This document shows, piece after piece, positions 14,543 to 21,609 of a DNA stretch of 32,000 nucleotides. The notes below the pieces were generated by a model. That model was given only the letters and a program-made list of their open reading frames with translations, did not search any database and was not told where the DNA came from. This DNA is from Mucisphaera calidilacus (GTDB taxonomy: Bacteria; Planctomycetota; Phycisphaerae; Phycisphaerales; Phycisphaeraceae): assembly GCF_007748075.1 (NCBI RefSeq), contig NZ_CP036280.1, positions 300,001-332,000 of the forward strand. The letters are read 5' to 3'. The position numbers and the translations under genes were made by a program. Position 1 is the stretch's first letter. Every line of letters begins with the position of its first letter.

Positions 14543-15475
14543 ATGACTGCTGATCACACCGTTTTACTCATTGGTGCCACCGGCATGTTGGGCAGTTCAA
14601 TCCTCGATGAGCTTTTGCGTGCTAATTTGTCTACGACCGTTCTGATGCGGCCGGGCAAGCCTGAACGCGAAGAGGCGATCCGCGCACGCGGTCTGAAGAT
14701 CGTGCACGGTGATGTGATGGACCCTGCAACGTTGCCCGCTGCGTTCGAGGGAATCACTACGGTGGTCTGCTCTCTCAACAACAATCCCGAGATGTTCGTG
14801 CCGGGCCACGGCCATGTGATCGCGGCGGCGGATGAGGTCGGAGTATCGCGGGTGATCCCGTCGGATTTTTCGGTCGATTTTTTCAGGATCAAGCCGGAAG
14901 AAAACTACAACTTGGCGATGAGGCACGAGGTGGCGCCGCTTTTTGAAGACCGTCGGGTCCGGCCAATCCACGTTCTGATCGGCGCCTTCATGGATACGAT
15001 GCTCGATCGCCAGGCCCCGTTCATCGACTGGGCCAATGGGGTGCTGCCCTACTTCGGCGACGGGGAGCAGTCATGCGATTTCACGAGCGTCGCGGATGCT
15101 GGAAAATTTGTCGCGGCGGCTTGCCAAGACCTGGCCGCCCCCGAGGTCTTGCGTTTTGCTGGCGACGTGATCACCATGCCGCAACTCGCCGAGGCCGTCT
15201 CGGCAGGGACGGGTACCGCGGTCGCCGCCCGGCGTGAGGGTTCGGTCGAGAAACTCGCGGCATTGATTACCGAGAAACAGAAGACGGCGGAGAACCCGTG
15301 GGCGTGGATCGCGTTGCAGTACCACCATAACATGGTCAGCGGTCGGGCCAAGTTCTTGCGGCTCGACAACGATCGATATCCTCATGTCAAGACGGAGTCG
15401 GTCGCCGACTTCAGCCGGCGTACACGGGACGACGAAGTACGGGGGATGAGCCACTCGGACGTGCCCCGTTCCTAA
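14543..15475 (+). CDS. NmrA-like / atypical SDR NAD(P)-binding protein
   Basis: N-terminal Rossmann motif 'VLLIGATGMLGSSILDELL', 310 aa, with NmrA/isoflavone-reductase-like length and layout. SD aggaga lies 8 nt upstream of the ATG. Confidence 0.75.
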   Translation: MTADHTVLLIGATGMLGSSILDELLRANLSTTVLMRPGKPEREEAIRARGLKIVHGDVMDPATLPAAFEGITTVVCSLNNNPEMFVPGHGHVIAAADEVGVSRVIPSDFSVDFFRIKPEENYNLAMRHEVAPLFEDRRVRPIHVLIGAFMDTMLDRQAPFIDWANGVLPYFGDGEQSCDFTSVADAGKFVAAACQDLAAPEVLRFAGDVITMPQLAEAVSAGTGTAVAARREGSVEKLAALITEKQKTAENPWAWIALQYHHNMVSGRAKFLRLDNDRYPHVKTESVADFSRRTRDDEVRGMSHSDVPRS

Positions 15476-15535
15476 ATCCGTCCGCGTGTGATCAACGCTG
15501 CGGCATGCCCTGATCTCTCCATATTGGTGTTCGCT

Positions 15536-16825
15536 ATGCATATCCCCCGTCACGCCGCTTGGACGCTGCTGGCCGCCAGCAGCCTGACCGTCATGAGTGG
15601 TGCGACGATCGCGCCGGCGTTGCCCGCGATCCGTGACGCGTATGCTGATGCCTGGCAAGCTGAACTGATGGTCAAGCTAGTGTTGACGCTGCCAGCGCTG
15701 CTCATCGCCTTGATCGCACCGATGGGCGGGTTCCTGCTCGGCCGCTTCGGGCGCAAGCCGGTGTTGCTCATGGGGCTTCTTCTGTATGCGTTGGCGGGCA
15801 GCAGCGGCGGCTGGATGCCCGCGTCATGGACGATCTACGCGATGCTTGTAGGTCGAGCGCTGCTAGGCGTAGCGGTGGCATTGATCATGGTGTCGGCCAC
15901 GACCTTGATCGGCGATTACTTCTCGGGTGAACGGCGCCGCGGGGTACTCGGGCTGCAAAGCGCGTTTATGGCTGGCGGCGGCGTGCTGTTTCTGCTGCTG
16001 GGTGGCGTACTGGCTGACGCGGATTGGCGGCTGCCGTTCGGGATATACCTGCTCAGCGTGTTGATTCTGCCCACGGCTTGGTCGTTGCCCGAGCCGCCCA
16101 GGAACGAGTCAGACCGGTCCACCGACGCCACATCGCTTGCGGCGGCGACGCCGATCTTCCTGATCGCGCTTGGGCTGATGGTCGTTTTCTATCTTGTGCC
16201 GACACAGTTACCGTTCCTACTCGAGAGCGTCTTAACTGAACAAGCCGGTGCGGGAGGCTTGCTGAGCGGAGGAGCGATCGCCGCCAGCACCGCCGCCGGT
16301 GTGGTGACCGGCCTGACCTATGCTCGTCTCCGTCGCCCCCTCGGCCTGCACGGTGTCAACACCTGTGCTTGTGCTCTGATGGCCTCAGGATTTGCCTTGG
16401 TCTGGCTAGCGCCGATGCTGGAGAGCGGATGGGGCGCGGCCTACGCCTTGTTGGTCCTCGGCATGGGCGTCTACGGCCTGGGCAGCGGGATACTGATGCC
16501 CAACCTGAACAACTGGCTGCTTGACGTCGTGCCCGAACGTAGTCGCGGGCGGGCTGTTGGCATGCTCACCGCCGCGTTTTTCCTCGGCCAGTTCCTCAGC
16601 CCTATCGTTACGGCCCCAGCAATAGGCACCGTGGGTATCGCAGGCAGCTTCGGCTTGGCGAGTCTACTTCTCATGGCCTGTGCTATGAGTTCCGCCTTTT
16701 TTGTGCCCGGTATCCGTCACGCTTTGTCGGTACGCCAGTGCGCCTACCAAGATCCGCTCGGACCTTGTCCAGGAATGGATCGGGATTCAGACCGCCTTGA
16801 ACCGCGGGTACCCACGCGACGTTAA
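15536..16825 (+). CDS. MFS transporter
   Basis: About 12 predicted hydrophobic helices. An MFS-type loop motif, 'GRFGRKPVLLMGL', lies after TM2. The start is taken as ATG 15536 ('MHIPRHAAWTLL...'); the track starts at a GTG at 15488. The last ~40 aa look like non-conserved read-through. Confidence 0.75.
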   Translation: MHIPRHAAWTLLAASSLTVMSGATIAPALPAIRDAYADAWQAELMVKLVLTLPALLIALIAPMGGFLLGRFGRKPVLLMGLLLYALAGSSGGWMPASWTIYAMLVGRALLGVAVALIMVSATTLIGDYFSGERRRGVLGLQSAFMAGGGVLFLLLGGVLADADWRLPFGIYLLSVLILPTAWSLPEPPRNESDRSTDATSLAAATPIFLIALGLMVVFYLVPTQLPFLLESVLTEQAGAGGLLSGGAIAASTAAGVVTGLTYARLRRPLGLHGVNTCACALMASGFALVWLAPMLESGWGAAYALLVLGMGVYGLGSGILMPNLNNWLLDVVPERSRGRAVGMLTAAFFLGQFLSPIVTAPAIGTVGIAGSFGLASLLLMACAMSSAFFVPGIRHALSVRQCAYQDPLGPCPGMDRDSDRLEPRVPTRR

Positions 16826-17341
16826 AGTCGAAGTTCCACCATATTCCTACCGATCGCTGAGTGCTCGACAAGTTACCCATCTGCAAATTCCAACCTCGTC
16901 AAGTCCATGAGATTTTGGGGAGGCCCCCCGCGGCGGGTGTCGTGGTGAGTTTGGGATTGAAAGTCTTCACAGCCGGTTGTTCACTGAATTAGCAATGAAC
17001 AAGCATCAGAAGGCAGTTGTATCCGTAGGCACATTTCTCGTGGTGCTACTTGCTGTTTTCCGCCTGCTCGCTATGTCGATACTGGCGAGCAGAAATGGCA
17101 TCTGAGCTAACTCTCCTTCCGCTTAGATCTCAAGTGAACAGCCTTACACTGGTTCTGCATTCAGACTTCTATGCGGCAGCTGTAATCGCAATCATTGTGA
17201 CCGCATCACTACTACTCCGGTATGCCCTGAAGGACTGAGCAAGATGGGGGAGTATCTCAGCTGACCGCTCCCCGGATTCTGATCCATTCATGATGCTCGT
17301 TTTCGGCGACAATTCGGCCTTTGTTTGGAAAGGCCATTTTG

Positions 17342-17608
17342 ATGAAGAAGTCGAGATTTACCGAGGAGCAGATCGCGTTCGCACTCCGCCAGGCCGAGGG
17401 TGGTACGCCGGTGAAGGAGGTCTGCCGGAAGCTGGGTGTGCATGAGCAGACCTTCTACCGGTGGAAGAAGCAGTTCGCGGGTATGGGCGTGGCGGAGTTG
17501 CGCAAGCTCAAGCAGCTAGAGGAAGAGAACTCGAAGCTCAAGCGACTGGTGGCCGACCTGAGCCTGGATCGTCAGATCCTGCAGGACGCCCTCAAGGGAA
17601 AGCTCTAA
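17342..17608 (+). CDS. IS3-family transposase OrfA (HTH + leucine zipper)
   Basis: 'MKKSRFTEEQIAFALRQAEGGTPVKEVCRKLGVHEQTFYRWKKQFAGMGVAELRKLKQLEEENSKLKRLVADLSLDRQIL' is a canonical IS3/IS407-group OrfA. The track ORF starts at an upstream TTG (17321). Confidence 0.85.
   Translation: MKKSRFTEEQIAFALRQAEGGTPVKEVCRKLGVHEQTFYRWKKQFAGMGVAELRKLKQLEEENSKLKRLVADLSLDRQILQDALKGKL
17596..17602 (+). promoter_or_regulatory. Programmed -1 ribosomal frameshift heptamer G GGA AAG (OrfA to OrfAB)
   Basis: The heptamer fits X XXY YYZ in the orfA frame (codons aaG GGA AAG). A -1 slip continues as 'GKALKPDHRRAMANRTQLKY...', which is the orfB frame of the 17461-18195 track ORF. The orfA stop lies 4 nt downstream. 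Confidence 0.6.
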
Positions 17609-18159
17609 AGCCTGATCATCGCCGTGCGATGGCCAATCGAACGCAGCTCAAGTACGGCGTCAGCGAGCGTCGTGCGTGCAAGGTCCTGGGCCATGCAAGG
17701 GCGACGCAGCGTTACCAGAGCGTGGCGGATGATCAGGCAGCCCTTCGAAGCAGGATCAAGCAGATCGCTGGGGTCCATGTGACCTGGGGTTATCTTCGGA
17801 TCTGGGTGAAGCTCCGACGCGAAGGCCATCATGTGAACAAGAAGCGTGTCTACCGTCTATACCGTGAAGAAGGCTTGGCGATGAGCCGGCGGCATAAGCC
17901 GCGTCGCCATCGCAGCAGTATGCACCGTCTCGAGCAGACCACCGCAACATGCGCGAACCAGAGTTGGTCGATGGACTTCATGGCCGATGAGTTGTTCGAC
18001 GGCCGTCGGTTCCGGCTCTTGACGTTAGTCGATGACTTCACGCGTGAGAGTCTGGCGTTAGAGGTTGGCCAGCGGCTTGGCGGGCGCGACGTGTCGCGGG
18101 TTCTGACTAGGATCGGTCATCGACGCGGCTTGCCTAAGACGATCCGAGTCGACAATGGA
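17602..18159 (+). pseudogene. IS3-family transposase OrfB, 5' part (DDE domain up to '...IRVDNG'), interrupted
   Basis: '...QSWSMDFMADELFDGRRFRLLTLVDDFTRESLALEVGQRL...LPKTIRVDNG', after which the frame runs into unrelated sequence ('KLCKPGHAAVR*'). Confidence 0.8.
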
Positions 18160-18250
18160 AAACTATGCAAGCCGGGTCATGCAGCGGTGAGATGACCGCG
18201 AGACCATGATCCGGTTGCATTGATCCCCGAATCTTCGAAGGAGTCTTGTC

Positions 18251-19297
18251 ATGCTGATCCTCGCGTTGGACCTGGGTAAGTTCAAGAGTGTCGCCTGCTC
18301 GTACCGCGGAGATGATGACACGGAGTTCCGGACGATCGAGACCCGGCCACAGGTGATCCACGATCTGCTGACGGAGTGTGAGCCGGAGCGATTGGTGGTG
18401 GAGGTGGGGACAGTGACGGGCTGGGTGCACGACCTGGCGGCGGCTCTGGGGATCGAGGTGCAGGTCGCCAACCCGAATACCGAGGGCTGGCGTTGGCGTC
18501 GGGTCAAGCGTAAGACGGACCGAGACGACGCATTGAAGCTCGCTCGGCTATCGGCGGCAGGTCAACTGCCAACGGTGTGGATGCCCAAGCCGCGGGTTCG
18601 GCAGTGGCGTTCGCTCATCCACTACCGGCACGCATTGGTGAGCCGGCGGACGGCGATCCGCAACAACATCCGATCGGTGCTGGACGCTCAGGGACTTGGT
18701 CTGGCGATGGGCAAGAAGGCGTGGACCGAGGAGGGCATGCTTCGTGTGGCGGAGATCGCCAAGCCGATTGTGTCGTGCTCGGCGGATGAGTTGTGGCGCG
18801 GTCAGCTCGATGTCGAGGCGACCTTGCTGATACAGCTGCAATCGCAGCTCCAAGCGGTTGAAGACAGGCTTGATGCGCTCGCGGCGACCGACGCCCGCAC
18901 GGCTCGGCTTCGCACGATCCCCGGCGTGGGCCCGCGTCTGAGCGAGGCGGTGGTAGCTTGGGTGGACGACCCGGAGCGATTCCGCAATGCCAGGGCCGTG
19001 GGCTCGTACGTCGGCCTGGTTCCCCGGCGGCGGCAGTCGGGGACCTACGACCGTTCGGGGCGTGTGACCAGGCAGGGCCCGAGTCTCTTGCGGAAGCTGC
19101 TGGTGGAGGTGGCGTGGATCATGCGGCAGCACAATCCGCACGCGGAGGCGTTGTTCAGGAAGCTAAGCAAGGGTGAGCGAAGCCGGCACAAGCAGGCGAT
19201 GGTGGCGTTAGCCCGGCGGGTGCTGACCTGGTGCTGGGCGATCCTGCGGGATGGCAGCACGTGGGACCCCGAACGGATCGGGTTGGAAGCGGCCTAG
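18251..19297 (+). CDS. IS110-family (DEDD) transposase
   Basis: 348 aa. The N-terminus 'MLILALDLGKFKSVACSY' carries the first Asp of the DEDD RuvC-like domain. The C-terminal 'IPGVGPRLSEAVVAWVDDPERFRNARAVGSYVGLVPRRRQSG' is the typical IS110 HhH/Tnp domain. Confidence 0.9.
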   Translation: MLILALDLGKFKSVACSYRGDDDTEFRTIETRPQVIHDLLTECEPERLVVEVGTVTGWVHDLAAALGIEVQVANPNTEGWRWRRVKRKTDRDDALKLARLSAAGQLPTVWMPKPRVRQWRSLIHYRHALVSRRTAIRNNIRSVLDAQGLGLAMGKKAWTEEGMLRVAEIAKPIVSCSADELWRGQLDVEATLLIQLQSQLQAVEDRLDALAATDARTARLRTIPGVGPRLSEAVVAWVDDPERFRNARAVGSYVGLVPRRRQSGTYDRSGRVTRQGPSLLRKLLVEVAWIMRQHNPHAEALFRKLSKGERSRHKQAMVALARRVLTWCWAILRDGSTWDPERIGLEAA

Positions 19298-19350
19298 AGC
19301 GGTGTTGATCTTAGACGGATGAGGAGCCTTGGTTGATGCGAAGATTGCTA

Positions 19351-19422
19351 CGACTGCGGCGGCAGAGCTCGAGAACTCTGGTGAGCCTTAGCTCGACAAC
19401 GGAAATGAGCGCCGCCGTGTCG
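19351..19422 (+). ncRNA. Candidate bridge/seek-RNA target-binding module of the IS110-family element
   Basis: Outer stem cgac(t)gcggcggc / gccgccgtgtcg. Then an aga bulge and a gctc/gagc stem. The symmetric internal loop has 12-nt strands, gagaactctggt (19371-19382) and gacaacggaaat (19395-19406), flanking the hairpin gagc-ctta-gctc. The loop strands mirror the insertion-site flanks (see finding). Confidence 0.35.
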
Positions 19423-19555
19423 CAAAGTTGAATGGGCCCACCCCCAAACGGTGGTCAACCCGGATAGTGACCTGAACCGATCTCGCTGCATCAAGGCCAA
19501 CAGACTTAACGGAGAAAAAGCATGAGCTGAATGTTGACAAACCGGCTTCATAGTG

Positions 19556-19843
19556 ACCGAGTTCACTAGCAAGGTTCTGGACCAGTGGGCATACGCCAAC
19601 GGGGTGGCTCTGGACTTTAGTCGTCCTGGAAAGCCGACAGATAACGCGTTGATCGAGTCCTTCAACGGTCGTCTGCGTCAAGAGTGCTTGAACGAGAGTT
19701 GGTTCCTGAGCCTGGAGGATGCCCGGGAGAAGCTCGAAGCCTGGCGAACTGATTACAATCTCCATCGACCTCATAGCGCGTTGGGCAACCTGGCCCCCAG
19801 CGAGTTCGCTGGTTCAATCGGCCGGGTTAACCCAGCCGATTGA
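19556..19843 (+). pseudogene. IS3-family transposase OrfB, 3' part (resumes at 'TEFTSK...')
   Basis: 'TEFTSKVLDQWAYANGVALDFSRPGKPTDNALIESFNGRLRQECLNESWFLSLEDAREKLEAWRTDYNLHRPHSALGNLAPSEF' is the canonical IS3 DDE C-terminal region with the catalytic Glu context. It is contiguous with 18159 once the nested IS is removed. Confidence 0.85.
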
Positions 19844-19903
19844 TGATCGAGGCTGGCATAGATACTGGCACCGGAATGGGGAGAGGCGCAACAGGCGGAA
19901 AGG

Positions 19904-20824
19904 TCACTTCGATTGTGGCGTGATGAGCAACCGGGGGTGGGTCTTGGTCATCCAATCCACAACCTCCGGTCGCAGTCCGACCGATTCCTGCAGCAGACCC
20001 GCCGCCTGCCGCAAGGGCATCGCCGAGCCCGCAAGCTGCCCGGTGCCCGGCAATCGAACCGTCAGATCATCGGCGACGTCCAGCACAAGCCGACCCAGAC
20101 CGTAACGACCCGGCCCCATCCCCGCCGGCGCACTGGCATCACTCACCACAAAGCAGCGCTCGTACCCGGCCACCGCGAGATAATTCCTTAGAGCAAAGCC
20201 CGGTACGTGTATGCCATCCCCGATAAACCCGAATAACAGGCGCTCGGCACGTGACAGGAGCCGCTGGATGATGTTGTCGTGTCGCGGCAGTTCGGTCGGG
20301 CATCCGTTGCCCAGATGCGTGACCATCGACAGCCCGGCATCTATAGACCGATCCAGTGCTTCTGCCGGAGCATCGGTGTGCCCGGCCGAAACGATCACAC
20401 TCCGGTCTGCCAGCCAGCGTGTCAAGGCCGCATCCGCATCGTGTTCCGGCGCTAGCGTGAAGATGCGCAGCAGCCCGTCCGCAGCATCGAACAGCCGCTT
20501 GGCCTCGTCCACGGTCGCGGGCTTGACGGCCTCCGACGGGTGAGCCCCACGGTAACCATCAACCGGACTAATGAAAGGCCCCTCAACGTGCAGACCGGCG
20601 ATGACCGAGGCAATCAGTTCATCCCGCTCACGCATCTCGACGATCCGAGCCAACTTGCGCACCATGACCGGCACATCGTCCGTGATGACCGTGGCCAGCA
20701 TCGCGTCCACGCCGTCACGACGCATCATGTCGCAGGCGCGGTGAAGGTCGTCGACTGATAGCTCATCAGCATTGAAATCTACACCGCCGTAGCCGTTGAC
20801 CTGCAGATCGACCAGGTGATTCAT
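19904..20824 (-). CDS. nagA: N-acetylglucosamine-6-phosphate deacetylase-like amidohydrolase, short form (TIM barrel only)
   Basis: It starts directly at '[15 protein letters not shown]', the NagA metal/substrate motif of the QxN type. 'LHVEGPFIS' and 'VSAGHTDA' are present. ATGA overlaps the nagB stop. At 306 aa it lacks the N- and C-terminal beta-sandwich segments of ~380-aa NagA. Confidence 0.7.
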   Translation of the reverse strand: MNHLVDLQVNGYGGVDFNADELSVDDLHRACDMMRRDGVDAMLATVITDDVPVMVRKLARIVEMRERDELIASVIAGLHVEGPFISPVDGYRGAHPSEAVKPATVDEAKRLFDAADGLLRIFTLAPEHDADAALTRWLADRSVIVSAGHTDAPAEALDRSIDAGLSMVTHLGNGCPTELPRHDNIIQRLLSRAERLLFGFIGDGIHVPGFALRNYLAVAGYERCFVVSDASAPAGMGPGRYGLGRLVLDVADDLTVRLPGTGQLAGSAMPLRQAAGLLQESVGLRPEVVDWMTKTHPRLLITPQSK

Positions 20825-21573
20825 CCGGCTTGAGCTCCGGTAAGCCGCGAAGCCGCCGGCTGGTCGAGATAGAGCTGGCAGTCGGGGTGCAGTTGAAGGA
20901 TCGAGGCCGGCACCGCTTCGGTCACGGGTCCCTCGACTGCTGCCGCAACAGCCTGCGCCTTACGCTCATCCGGAACCGTGCAGATGATGTGCTCGCTGCC
21001 CATGATCGCCGGCACACTCATGGTGATCGCCCGCCTCGGGACATCATCCAGTGTCGCAAACCATCCTTCACCCAGTTGCTGCTGGCGGCACGCCTCGTCG
21101 AGGGCCACGACCATGAACGCCCGATCGGTGTCGAAATCGGCAGGAGGGTCGTTGAAGGCCAGGTGCGCGTTCTCACCAATGCCGACAAACGCCACATCGA
21201 TACGATGCTCTGCTAGGGCCCGGCCAAGCCGCTCAGTCTCGGCCAGAGGATCGGCGTTGCCGTCGATCGCGTAGAACGCTCGGACCGGAACCGGCAGCTG
21301 ACGCAGGAATCGGTCCCAGAGATACAGCCTGAACGATGCTGGGTGGGTGATCGGCAGCCCCAGATACTCATCGAGATGGAACACCGTCACCCGCGACCAG
21401 TCGAGGTCTGCAGATCCAACAAGCGCCTCAAGAGTCGCGAACTGGCTAGCACCCGTCGCGACGATGATGGCCGCCTCACCACGCACCCTCAACGCTGTGC
21501 GGATCAGCGAGGCGCCGTGCGCCGCCGCCTCCCGCCCGAGCTTCTCTCTGTCTTCACGGATGAGAACCTTCAT
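20821..21573 (-). CDS. nagB: Glucosamine-6-phosphate deaminase/isomerase
   Basis: '[12 protein letters not shown]' and '[19 protein letters not shown]' match the NagB signature regions. 250 aa. Confidence 0.85.
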   Translation of the reverse strand: MKVLIREDREKLGREAAAHGASLIRTALRVRGEAAIIVATGASQFATLEALVGSADLDWSRVTVFHLDEYLGLPITHPASFRLYLWDRFLRQLPVPVRAFYAIDGNADPLAETERLGRALAEHRIDVAFVGIGENAHLAFNDPPADFDTDRAFMVVALDEACRQQQLGEGWFATLDDVPRRAITMSVPAIMGSEHIICTVPDERKAQAVAAAVEGPVTEAVPASILQLHPDCQLYLDQPAASRLTGAQAG

Positions 21574-21609
21574 CTCGACTCCTGCGTTGCGGGTTGATCG
21601 GCCTCTGAA

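Larger units (their letters stand above)
18160..19555 (+). mobile_element. IS110-family insertion sequence (IS1111-like layout: short 5' end, long 3' non-coding end, sub-terminal inverted repeats) nested inside the IS3 transposase gene
   Basis: A 1396-bp insert lies exactly between the codons gga (G) and acc (T) of 'DNG|TEF'. The sub-terminal IR is ctatgcaagccgg (18163-18175) against the reverse complement of ccggcttcatag (19542-19553), a 12/13 match with one indel. It encodes a DEDD-type transposase. The boundary is ambiguous by 1 nt (a/a). Confidence 0.8.
17262..19906 (+). mobile_element. IS3-family insertion sequence (IS407-group-like), disrupted by a nested IS; ~1.25 kb without the insert
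   Basis: The orfA/orfB arrangement has a -1 frameshift site. The left end is TGACCGCTCCCCGGATTC (17262-). The reverse complement of the right end is TGACCTTTCCGCC... (ending at 19906). The right boundary is uncertain; the alternative is ~19890, after ggggagaggcgca. No flanking direct repeat was found (cagc vs cttc). Confidence 0.7.

Noticed and set aside
16921-16965. Possible attR of the second island: gggtgtcgtggtgagtttgggattgaaagtc vs the tRNA segment atgtcgtgggttcgagtccc
   Set aside because: Only a 7-8-nt exact match (tgtcgtgg) followed by divergence, which is too weak to call. No convincing copy of the tRNA 3' end was seen anywhere from 11492 to 32000.
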